Source: Phenylobacterium sp. SCN 69-14
GTDB taxonomy: Bacteria; Pseudomonadota; Alphaproteobacteria; Caulobacterales; Caulobacteraceae
Direction of reading: 5' to 3'
Length of the DNA: 40,951 nt
Assembly (NCBI GenBank): GCA_001724985.1
Contig: MEEW01000003.1
Coordinates: forward strand, 1-40,951
Below are positions 1 to 7,917 of this stretch, piece after piece (position 1 is the stretch's first letter; each line of letters begins with the position of its first letter). A model generated the notes under the pieces. The model did no database searches, was not told the DNA's origin, and was given only the letters and a program-made list of their open reading frames with translations. A program made the translations under genes and the position numbers.

Positions 1-2
1 TC

Positions 3-224
3 AATCGAGAGGGTCAGCCCAACCGGACGGGGATCGAAGAAATCTGCAAGGTCGCCAACTGGAAGCCGGAAGGGGGAGCTACGCCGACACCATCGCCTTC
101 CACAGCGATGGCCGTGCTTCCGACGGCGCAGCCTCTCATCCGGTTGCCAGTTCCAAGTCAGCCCGAGACGACCGGCCCGCGCGAAGACTTTTCAGCCGAT
201 CTGGACGACGAGATTCCGTTCTAG
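3..224 (+). CDS. 5'-truncated hypothetical protein ending in an SSB-type acidic tail (...EDFSADLDDEIPF*)
   Basis: Own translation of the open frame 3-224: NREGQPNRTGIEEICKVANWKPEGGATPTPSP...PREDFSADLDDEIPF, TAG at 222-224. Confidence 0.7.
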   Translation, partial: NREGQPNRTGIEEICKVANWKPEGGATPTPSPSTAMAVLPTAQPLIRLPVPSQPETTGPREDFSADLDDEIPF

Positions 225-448
225 GGCCTTGTGGATGGGGTGGGTTAACTCCGATCCCCCTCCCGTGTTCGGCCGAAACCCTCCCCTGGGTTCGGCGAAA
301 CCCACCCCCTCCTTTGGATCGCGTTGACGTTAAGGATGGGGCGGGATCAACATATTGACGGGAAAGGGTTTTCTTCAACCTTCCCAGCTATTCGTCCGGC
401 AGCAAGCACCCGAGGCTTTGCCCGTTCAACCCCGAACGGAGCCAAGCC

Positions 449-613
449 ATGCAAGCCATCACCGCCTCCATCAACGACACCGCCAAGGCGCTCGGCCTGG
501 GCCGCACCTCGATCTACGCCCTGATCCGCGAAGGGCGGCTCGAAACCGTCAAGCTCGGCCGCCGCACGCTGATCAAGGTCGAATCGGTCCGCAAGCTGAT
601 CGACGGGCGGTAG
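449..613 (+). CDS. Excisionase-like HTH DNA-binding protein (54 aa)
   Basis: MQAITASINDTAKALGLGRTSIYALIREGRLETVKLGRRTLIKVESVRKLIDGR*. Typical Xis/HTH_17 pattern with GGAG upstream. Absent from the ORF track (short). Confidence 0.88.
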   Translation: MQAITASINDTAKALGLGRTSIYALIREGRLETVKLGRRTLIKVESVRKLIDGR

Positions 614-622
614 GGCGCCGCC

Positions 623-1108
623 TTGCCCCGCACCCGCATCGATCCGCGCCGGGCCAAGCTGCACCGGAGCTACACGGTGGAGGAAGCGGCCCGCCTGTTC
701 GGCGTGCATCGCAACACCGTCCGCGCCTGGAGGAAGGCCGGGCTCGCCGCCATCGACGACGGTAAGCCCGCGCTGATCCGGGGCGAGGAGCTGCGCCGGT
801 TCCTGACGGCGCGCCGCACGGCCGCCCGCCGACCCTGCCCGCCGGGCACGCTCTACTGCTTCCGGTGCCGGGAGGGCCGCGCCCCGGCCCTGGGCATGGC
901 CGATTTCATCGCCCGCCCGGCCGGCGCCGGCAATCTGCGGGCGCTGTGCGAAGTCTGCGGCACGGTCATGCACCGGCGGGCGCGCGAGGGCGACCTGGCG
1001 GCGATCCTGCCCGCCGTCGCCGTTCGGATCATGCGCGGCGAGGGGCGCATAGCAGAGCGCCCCAACCCCTCCCTGAACCGTGCCGAACGAAGGCCCGAAA
1101 GAACATGA
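623..1108 (+). CDS. HTH DNA-binding protein with C-terminal CxxC...CxxC zinc-ribbon
   Basis: SYTVEEAARLFGVHRNTVRAW (HTH_17/MerR-like), YCFRC and LCEVC. TTG start. Stop overlaps the recombinase start (ATGA). Confidence 0.8.
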   Translation: MPRTRIDPRRAKLHRSYTVEEAARLFGVHRNTVRAWRKAGLAAIDDGKPALIRGEELRRFLTARRTAARRPCPPGTLYCFRCREGRAPALGMADFIARPAGAGNLRALCEVCGTVMHRRAREGDLAAILPAVAVRIMRGEGRIAERPNPSLNRAERRPERT

Positions 1109-2217
1109 CCAGACACAACCCCAAGAACGAGCGGATCAAGCGCGCCTATTTCGTCTATCTGCGCGAGGCCCGGCGGCGCGACGAGGCGTCGGTGGATGGC
1201 GTCGCCAAGGCGCTGAGCCGATTCGAGGAGGGCACGGGCCAGCGCGACTTCGCCGCCTTCCACCGCGAACAGGCGGTGGCTTTCAAGCGCAGGCTCGACA
1301 CCCAGCTGAACGCGCGGACGGGCGAGCGGCTGAGCCGGGCCACCGTCCACTCGACGCTCTCGGCCCTGCGCGCCTTCTTCATCTGGCTGGCCGATCAGCC
1401 GGGCTATCGGCGCAAGATCGGATACTCGGACGCCGACTACTTCAACCTGCCGGAAAAGGACGTGCGGATCGCCAAGGCGGTGCGCGAGAAGCCGGCGCCG
1501 ACGCTGGAGCAAATCCACCACGTCCTCGCCACCATGCCGGCGGCGAGCGACCTTGAGCGCCGCGACCGCGCCCTGGTCGCCACCGCCATCCTGACCGGCG
1601 CGCGCGACGGGGCGCTGGCCTCGCTGAAGCTGAAGCACATCGACATCGCCCGGCGCCTGCTGACGCAGGACCCGAGGGAGGTGAACACCAAGTTCTCCAA
1701 GGCCATCTCGACCTGGTTCTTTCCGGTGGGCGGGCAGGCGCGCGAGATCGTCGAGGACTGGGTCGCCCACCTGCGCGGCGAGCTGAAGTGGGGCGAGGTC
1801 GATCCCCTGTTCCCCGCCCCGCTGATGGGCCTCGGCGAGGACGGTGGGTTCGTGGCCAGCGGGCTGAAGCGGGCGCACTGGGCCACGGCCGAGCCGATCC
1901 GCCGCGTGTTCCGGCAGGCGTTCGCGGCGGCGGGCCTGCCCTATTTCGCGCCGCACTCGTTTCGCCACACCCTGGCGCGGCTGGGCGAGCAACGCTGCCG
2001 CACGCCGGAGGAGTTCAAGGCGTGGTCGCAGAACCTGGGCCACGAACAGGTGCTGACCACGTTCACCAGCTATGGCGCGGTGTCGCCGCACCGGCAGGCC
2101 GAACTGATCCTGGGGCTGGCGGACACGTCCCCCGCCGAGCCCCCCGAGACCGTGGAGGGCAGGCTTGCGCGCCTGGAGCGAATGATCGCGCCCAGCGCCC
2201 TTGCAGCGACGCCCTAG
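1105..2217 (+). CDS. Tyrosine recombinase/integrase (370 aa)
   Basis: Catalytic set R (TGARDG), K (NTKFSK), HxxR (HSFRH), H (NLGH), Y (TSYG). ATG at 1105. Confidence 0.93.
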   Translation: MTRHNPKNERIKRAYFVYLREARRRDEASVDGVAKALSRFEEGTGQRDFAAFHREQAVAFKRRLDTQLNARTGERLSRATVHSTLSALRAFFIWLADQPGYRRKIGYSDADYFNLPEKDVRIAKAVREKPAPTLEQIHHVLATMPAASDLERRDRALVATAILTGARDGALASLKLKHIDIARRLLTQDPREVNTKFSKAISTWFFPVGGQAREIVEDWVAHLRGELKWGEVDPLFPAPLMGLGEDGGFVASGLKRAHWATAEPIRRVFRQAFAAAGLPYFAPHSFRHTLARLGEQRCRTPEEFKAWSQNLGHEQVLTTFTSYGAVSPHRQAELILGLADTSPAEPPETVEGRLARLERMIAPSALAATP

Positions 2218-2232
2218 ACGCTGCTATGCCTC
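2189..2232 (+). repeat. Direct repeat copy 1; putative recombination core site (TTGCAGCGAC-GCCCTA-GACGCTGCTA)
   Basis: 41/44 identical to 3219-3262. Imperfect inverted arms 2201-2210 and 2217-2226 around a 6-bp spacer. Contains the integrase TAG. Confidence 0.85.
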
Positions 2233-2251
2233 ACGGGGCTGGGGAGCCCAC

Positions 2252-3247
2252 ATGAAAACCGAGCAGACAGCCGCCTTCATCCGCGGGTTCGAGCTTCAGA
2301 CGCCTGTCATGCAGGCGCCGATGGGCGGTATCGCCGGCGCTCGGCTTGTCGCCGCGGCCGCGAACGCGGGGGCCTTGGGCAATCTGCCCATCTGGTTTCT
2401 ATCCGCCGAGGCCGCCCGCAAAGCGATCCGCGACGTCCGGGCGCGCACCTCGCGGCCCTTCGCCGTGAACCTGCGGGCCGACCTGGACCAGAGCGACCTG
2501 ATAAAGGCGGCGGCCGAAGAGGGCGTGCGGCTGTTCCACCTGTTCTGGGGCGATGCGCGATCATCCAGCCCGGCTGTTCGCAAGGCCGACGGGCGGCTGA
2601 TCGCGACGGTCGCGGACCGGGACCAGGCGCTGGCCGCGCTGGACGCCGGAGCCGAGGCGTTGATCGCGCAAGGCGTCGAAGCCGGCGGCCATGTCTATGG
2701 GACAACGCCGATACGCCAGCTTGTCCGCGAGGTCGCCGAGGCCGCCGGCCGGACGCCGGTGCTGGCGGCGGGAGGCGTTGTGTCGCGGGGCGACGTGGCC
2801 GAGATGTTCGGCCTCGGCGCGGCCGGCGTGGTGCTGGGAACCTGCCTGGTGGTCACCGAGGAATCGGAGGCGCACCCCGACTACCGCCGGGCCATTCTCG
2901 ACGCTCGCGCCGGGGATACGGTGCTGTCGGAGTGCTTCGACGGCTTCTGGCCGAACGCCCCGCATCGCACGCTGATCAACTCGACCTATCGCATGTGGCG
3001 CGATGCGGGGTTTCCCTCCCGCGGGGCGCGGCCCGGAGAACAGGACATCGTGATGCGCGGGCCGGAGGGCCTGGCGATCCCGCGCTACCACGCCTCGACG
3101 GCGGGCGCCGAAATGACCGGCGATGTGGAAGCGGCCGCGCTCTACGCGGGAACCGGCGTGGGCCGGATCGGATCGGCGCGGTCCGTGGCGGCCGTGCTTG
3201 ACGATCTGGGGCTGGCCCCGCCCCGCGCCCTTGGAGCGACGCGCTAG
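2252..3247 (+). CDS. Nitronate monooxygenase family (FMN-dependent) oxidoreductase
   Basis: QAPMGG, AQGVEAGGH, VLAAGG and GVVLGT motifs. GGGGAG RBS before ATG 2252. Confidence 0.88.
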   Translation: MKTEQTAAFIRGFELQTPVMQAPMGGIAGARLVAAAANAGALGNLPIWFLSAEAARKAIRDVRARTSRPFAVNLRADLDQSDLIKAAAEEGVRLFHLFWGDARSSSPAVRKADGRLIATVADRDQALAALDAGAEALIAQGVEAGGHVYGTTPIRQLVREVAEAAGRTPVLAAGGVVSRGDVAEMFGLGAAGVVLGTCLVVTEESEAHPDYRRAILDARAGDTVLSECFDGFWPNAPHRTLINSTYRMWRDAGFPSRGARPGEQDIVMRGPEGLAIPRYHASTAGAEMTGDVEAAALYAGTGVGRIGSARSVAAVLDDLGLAPPRALGATR

Positions 3248-3262
3248 ACGCTGCTATGCCTC
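3219..3262 (+). repeat. Direct repeat copy 2; putative recombination core site (TTGGAGCGAC-GCGCTA-GACGCTGCTA)
   Basis: Offset exactly 1030 bp from copy 1. Contains the monooxygenase TAG (3245-3247). Confidence 0.85.
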
Positions 3263-3284
3263 TCAGGGTCAGGGGAGGGCGCGC

Positions 3285-5093
3285 GTGACGGAACTGGTCT
3301 TCAAGGGCAAGGAGTTCGTCTTCAACCATCACCTGACGGTGCCGTTCCGGCCGCTGGAGATGCACCCGGAGAAGGGCGTCGGCGCGCCCTCGCTGGACAG
3401 CAATCTGATCATCCACGGCGACAACCTGCACGCCCTGAAGGCGCTCCTGCCGACGCACGCCGGCAAGGTGGACTGCATCTTCATCGACCCGCCCTACAAC
3501 ACCGGCAACGAGGGCTGGAGCTACAACGACAACGTCAATTCGCCGATGATCAAGGAGTGGCTGAGCGCCAACCCCATCGGAGTGGAGGACGGCCTGCGCC
3601 ACGATAAGTGGGCATGCATGATGTGGCCAAGGTTGAAGTTGTTGCATGAACTTCTGGCCGAAAGCGGGAGCCTGTGGGTTACTCTCGATGACAACGAGGC
3701 TCATAGAGCCAAACTCATATTAGACGAAATATTCGGAGAAAGTAACTTCCTCGCAAATTTCGTTTGGCAGTCAAAAGATACTCCAGGAAATAACAGTTCT
3801 GGGGTAGCTGAAACTCACAATCACATTCTGTTTTATCGAAAGTCGGAATATTTTTCCTCGAATATGAAGGATAGATCAGAGGATCAGATTGCAAATTATT
3901 CAAATCCTGACCGCGATCCACGCGGTCCCTGGCTTGGGACACCGCTAACCCGCGCAGAACATCGGGACCGAGATTTCTATCCTATAGATGGGCCTAACGG
4001 ACGCAAAGTTTCCCCGCCGACGGGAACGAGTTGGCGGCGCCCTCCGGAAAAGATGGCTTGGCTTGAGACCGACAAGCGAATTTGGTGGGGCGTGGACGGC
4101 TCTGCTGAGTTTCCAAAGGAGAAGAAGTTTCTATCGGAAGTGAAGGATCAGGTCGTCAATCAGACGTGGTGGCCCTATCAGTTTGCGGGAAGCACTCGCA
4201 ACGCGGGTTCAGACATAAAAGACATTTTTCACGGTGAGAAGGTGTTTGATACGCCAAAGCCGAAAAGGCTTTTGGAACGGATTTTGGATGTCGCGACTGA
4301 CCCTTCATCCGTTGTTCTCGACTCCTTCGCCGGTTCAGGCACGACGGCCCACGCAGTTCTTGCGGCTAACGCTCGCGACGGCGGCAACCGCCGCTTCATT
4401 CTGGTGGAAGGTGAGAACTATGCTGACACCCTGACCGCCGAACGAGTTCGCCGCGTCATCAACGGTTACGCCTTCAAGGGAACTCAGCGAGAAGAACTTC
4501 TGCGCGAACCCCTGACCCGGGCCAAGCTTCGCAACGCCACCGCCCTGCACGAGAAGGTGCAGCGGTGCGAGACCCTGGACGGTCGGAGGTTCGACCGGAT
4601 CAAGACCGAGGTGAAGGACGGCGCCCTGATCGTCACCGGCGAGCGGGCGGTGAAGGAAAGGGCGCCCGGCCTGGGCGGTGGCTTCACCTACTGCACCCTC
4701 GGCGCGCCCATCGACATGGAGGGCCTGCTGACCGGCGCGGACCTGCCCGATGCGCGGGCGGTGGCGGCGTTGCTCTATCACACGGCCACCGCCAAGCCGT
4801 TCGACCCCGCCGCCATGAGCGAGGCTCCGGAGATCGGCGAGGGCGTGGCGCGGCTGGGCGAGGGCGCCGGGCGCACCCTGTGGCTGATCTACCGCCCGGA
4901 CCTGGAGTGGCTGAAGTCCGGCGCGGCGGCCCTGACCCTGGCCCGCGCCCGCGCCATCGCCGCGACCGCGCCGGGGGACCATCTGGTGTTCGCGCCCGCC
5001 AAGTTCGTCTCGCGCGAGCTGCTGGCGGCCGAGAAGCTGGCCGTGGAATACGCGCCCCTGCCCTTCGCCCTCTACCGGGTGGAAATGGCCTAG
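3285..5093 (+). CDS. mod: Type III RM methyltransferase (Mod subunit, beta-class amino-MTase)
   Basis: IHGDNL, IDPPYNTG (motif IV) preceding DSFAGSGTT (motif I), FDTPKP. GTG start after AGGGGAGG. Confidence 0.9.
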   Translation: MTELVFKGKEFVFNHHLTVPFRPLEMHPEKGVGAPSLDSNLIIHGDNLHALKALLPTHAGKVDCIFIDPPYNTGNEGWSYNDNVNSPMIKEWLSANPIGVEDGLRHDKWACMMWPRLKLLHELLAESGSLWVTLDDNEAHRAKLILDEIFGESNFLANFVWQSKDTPGNNSSGVAETHNHILFYRKSEYFSSNMKDRSEDQIANYSNPDRDPRGPWLGTPLTRAEHRDRDFYPIDGPNGRKVSPPTGTSWRRPPEKMAWLETDKRIWWGVDGSAEFPKEKKFLSEVKDQVVNQTWWPYQFAGSTRNAGSDIKDIFHGEKVFDTPKPKRLLERILDVATDPSSVVLDSFAGSGTTAHAVLAANARDGGNRRFILVEGENYADTLTAERVRRVINGYAFKGTQREELLREPLTRAKLRNATALHEKVQRCETLDGRRFDRIKTEVKDGALIVTGERAVKERAPGLGGGFTYCTLGAPIDMEGLLTGADLPDARAVAALLYHTATAKPFDPAAMSEAPEIGEGVARLGEGAGRTLWLIYRPDLEWLKSGAAALTLARARAIAATAPGDHLVFAPAKFVSRELLAAEKLAVEYAPLPFALYRVEMA

Positions 5094-7730
5094 ATGGCCT
5101 TTCGCGAACTGGACTATCAGACCCGTGCGCTCGCCGCGCTCGACACCTGGCTGTCCGGGCTGGCGGCCGAGAAGGCGGATTTCGAGCGCACGGAGAAGCT
5201 GGCGCGCGACAACCCGACGGTAAGGGTTCTGCTCCCCGACTATCCGGCCGATGCCTGGGCGCGGCCGGAGGTCGCCGCCCTGGTCCCCGCGAGGCGGGGC
5301 GACCTCGGCTATTCGCCGCGCCTGACTGGCGACGGCAGGCCCTCGCCGAACGTGACGCTGAAAGTGCCCACCGGCGGGGGGAAGACCTATCTGGCCTGCG
5401 CGGCCATCTCGCGCATCTTCGGGCGCTACCTGTCGGCCAACACCGGCTTCGTGCTCTGGATCGTGCCCAACGAGGCCATCTATTCGCAGACGCTGAAGGC
5501 GCTGCGCGACCGCCAGCACGCCTACCGCCAGACGCTGGACCGGGCGGCGGCCGGCCGGGTGCTGGTGTTGGAGAAGACCGACACCCTGAACCGCGCCGAC
5601 GTGGAGGCGAACCTCTGCGTCATGGTGCTGATGCTGCAATCCTCGAACCGGGAGAACCAGAGCACCCTGAAGCTCTTTCAGGACCGGGGCGACGTTCACG
5701 GCTTTACCCCGCCGGAGGGCGATCAGGCGGCGCACCGGGCGCTGGCCGAGGCGGTGGGCAACCTGGAGGTCTACGATCTGGCGGACGGCCCCGGCTGGCC
5801 GATGATCAAGGATTCGGTGGGCAACGCGCTCAGGATCATCCGGCCGGTGGTGGTCATGGACGAGGGCCAGAAGGCGGTGTCCGACCTGGCCTATCGCACG
5901 CTCTACGGCTTCAACCCCTGCCTGGTGCTGGAGCTGAGCGCGACGCCGAAGGACGTGACGGCGCGCCCGGCCACGGCCGCGCGGGCGGCGATCCCCGGCC
6001 GCACCGCCAACATCCTGGTGGAGATCACCGGCCGCGAGCTGGAGCGCGAGGGCATGATCAAGATGCCGCTCAACATCGCGCCCCTGCCCGGACCCGACTG
6101 GCAGGCGGCGCTGCGCGCGGCGCTCACACGGCTGGATGGGTTGCAGGGCGAGGCGGATGCGTGGGCTGCGGACGGCGGGCGCTATATCCGCCCGATCCTG
6201 CTGGTGCAGGTGGAGCGCACCGGCGCCGACCAGAGGGACGCCGACTTCATCCACGCCGACGACGCCAGGGACTGGCTGATGAAGGCCGGGCTGGAGGAGG
6301 CCGAGATCGCCTTCAAGACCGCCGAGATCAACGACCTCGACAAGCCGGAGAACCGCGACCTTCTCTCGCCTCACTGCCGGGTGCGGGCGATCATCACCAA
6401 GGCGGCGCTGGCCGAGGGGTGGGACTGCCCGTTCGCCTATGTCCTCTGTTCGCTGGCGGCGAGCGGGAACGAATCGGCCATGACCCAGCTGGTGGGCCGC
6501 ATCCTGCGCCAGCCGCACGCCGCAAAGACCGGCGTGGCGGCGCTTGACGAGTGCTACGTCTTCACCCATCGGGCCGACACGCAGGCGGTGGTGGCGGCGA
6601 TCAAGAAGGGCCTGAGCGAGGACGGGCTGAGCGATCTGGTCCGCGACGTGGTGCTGCCCGATCCGGTGGCGGGCGCGGCGGTGAAGCGGGCGGTGGGGCG
6701 CCGCGACGCCTTCCGCACCGCAGACATCGCCCTGCCGCAGGTGCTGTGGCGCGAGGACGGCCACGAGGCTCGCCCCATCGACCCGGAAAGCGACCTGCAT
6801 CCGCTGATCGACTGGAGCGGTTGGGACGCCGAAGCCTTCGCCGACGGCCTGCCCGCCGACGCCAAGGCCGCCGAGGCGCAGGTCATCCGGCTGCACACGG
6901 CCGAGGCGGCGGGATTCGAGACCGAGGTCGGCAAGGGCGCCGACCGCGAGCGGCGCTTCGATGCGCCCTATGCGGTGCGGATGATTTCGGACTTCGCGCC
7001 CAACCCGTTCGTGGCGCGAGCCCTGATCGGCCGGGTGATGGCGCGGCTGGAGGCGCGCGGGTTCGACGCGGCGCTGATTGGCCGGCTGTCGGGCTTCATC
7101 GTCGATGAACTGCGCCGGGCGCTTGGACCCTGGCGCGACGAACAATCGGCGACGATCTTCCGCGCGCGGCTCGCCGACGGCCAAGTCGAGTTCCGCCTGC
7201 GCGGCGACGGCGGCGACTGGATCATGCCCAAGGCGGTGTGGACCACGGCGGAAGCCGGCGCGGTGCAGCTGACCGGCGGGACGGGCGGGCCGCTGGAGCG
7301 CAGCCTGTTCCTGCCGATCTTCGCCGCCGACCTCAATGAGGCCGAGCGCAACGTGGCGGTCTACCTGGACGATGCGGCGGCGATCCGCTGGTGGCACCGC
7401 AACGGCGCGGACCGGGCGAGCTACGGCCTGCGCGGCTGGCGGCGGGGGAGCGTCTATCCCGACTTCGTTTTCGCGGCGTTGAAGGACGGCGCCGGCGAGC
7501 GGATCGTGGCGCTGGAGTCCAAGGGCGATCAGCTGGCGGGCAACCTGGACACCGAATACAAGCGCGAGCTGCTGGAAACCCTGACCGGCGCCTATGGGCG
7601 CGGCGGCGACAGCGCGGCGCAAGGGCTTGGACGAGGGGCGGTGGATTTCGAGGCGGCGCTGGTGCTATTCAGCGACATGCACGCCAGATTGCCCTCCCTG
7701 ATCAGGGGCGAGAGTGGCCCGGCGGCATAG
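5094..7730 (+). CDS. res: Type III RM restriction subunit (SF2 helicase + PD-(D/E)xK nuclease)
   Basis: PTGGGKT, MDEGQ, LSATP, EGWDCP, QLVGRILR and C-terminal YPDF...LESKG. Starts immediately after the mod stop. Confidence 0.9.
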   Translation: MAFRELDYQTRALAALDTWLSGLAAEKADFERTEKLARDNPTVRVLLPDYPADAWARPEVAALVPARRGDLGYSPRLTGDGRPSPNVTLKVPTGGGKTYLACAAISRIFGRYLSANTGFVLWIVPNEAIYSQTLKALRDRQHAYRQTLDRAAAGRVLVLEKTDTLNRADVEANLCVMVLMLQSSNRENQSTLKLFQDRGDVHGFTPPEGDQAAHRALAEAVGNLEVYDLADGPGWPMIKDSVGNALRIIRPVVVMDEGQKAVSDLAYRTLYGFNPCLVLELSATPKDVTARPATAARAAIPGRTANILVEITGRELEREGMIKMPLNIAPLPGPDWQAALRAALTRLDGLQGEADAWAADGGRYIRPILLVQVERTGADQRDADFIHADDARDWLMKAGLEEAEIAFKTAEINDLDKPENRDLLSPHCRVRAIITKAALAEGWDCPFAYVLCSLAASGNESAMTQLVGRILRQPHAAKTGVAALDECYVFTHRADTQAVVAAIKKGLSEDGLSDLVRDVVLPDPVAGAAVKRAVGRRDAFRTADIALPQVLWREDGHEARPIDPESDLHPLIDWSGWDAEAFADGLPADAKAAEAQVIRLHTAEAAGFETEVGKGADRERRFDAPYAVRMISDFAPNPFVARALIGRVMARLEARGFDAALIGRLSGFIVDELRRALGPWRDEQSATIFRARLADGQVEFRLRGDGGDWIMPKAVWTTAEAGAVQLTGGTGGPLERSLFLPIFAADLNEAERNVAVYLDDAAAIRWWHRNGADRASYGLRGWRRGSVYPDFVFAALKDGAGERIVALESKGDQLAGNLDTEYKRELLETLTGAYGRGGDSAAQGLGRGAVDFEAALVLFSDMHARLPSLIRGESGPAA

Positions 7731-7768
7731 GTCGGCGCCCGAAAAAACTGTGGAGCAAAATCGCGCGC

Positions 7769-7788
7769 GGGGGTCACTTTGGGGGTCA
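7769..7788 (+). repeat. Tandem GGGGGTCA repeats, putative integrase arm-type binding sites
   Basis: GGGGGTCA at 7769-7776 and 7781-7788, about 60 bp inside the att core. Confidence 0.55.
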
Positions 7789-7849
7789 TTCCTTCAGGGT
7801 GCTTTCAGAAAGTTATTTGGAAACAGGTGTTTAGGTGGGGTTTTAGATG

Positions 7850-7865
7850 CCTCTCCTGGGCACCA
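7850..7865 (+). repeat. att site: duplicated 3' end of a tRNA (probably tRNA-Leu), CCTCTCCTGGGCACCA
   Basis: 3' T-stem strand, acceptor strand CCTGGGC, discriminator A and CCA. The upstream sequence is not tRNA-like, so this is a fragment. Confidence 0.8.
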
Positions 7866-7917
7866 TTCCTTCTCTCCTATAGGGAGAGACAACTTACGAG
7901 TTCGGAGCGAGAGGCCC

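Larger units (their letters stand above)
1..7865. mobile_element. Right part of a tRNA-integrated genomic island (left end outside the window)
   Basis: Excisionase-like gene, tyrosine recombinase and type III RM cargo. It ends at a tRNA 3'-end fragment (7850-7865), after which core genes rnd-lptCAB begin. Confidence 0.85.

Noticed and set aside
2189-3262. Classical integron or CRISPR interpretation of the repeats
   Set aside because: Only two copies 1 kb apart, no GTTRRRY/attC structure, no cas genes, and the recombinase is co-oriented with the cargo.
3285-5093. Phase-variable simple sequence repeat in mod
   Set aside because: No homopolymer or short tandem tract seen in the gene or its leader.
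4335-7622. 1095-aa minus-strand ORF and other long overlapping ORFs (e.g. 25522-28173, the upstream part of 30565-33459, 34608-36026)
   Set aside because: Shadow frames of real genes in high-GC DNA, with no recognisable motifs.
7601-7630. Possible third, inverted copy of the cassette repeat near the end of res
   Set aside because: Only GCCCTTGC matches. There is no arm-spacer-arm structure and it lies inside coding sequence.
7795-7865. Complete tRNA gene
   Set aside because: Only the last 16 nt are tRNA-like. No D arm, anticodon arm or TTC loop.
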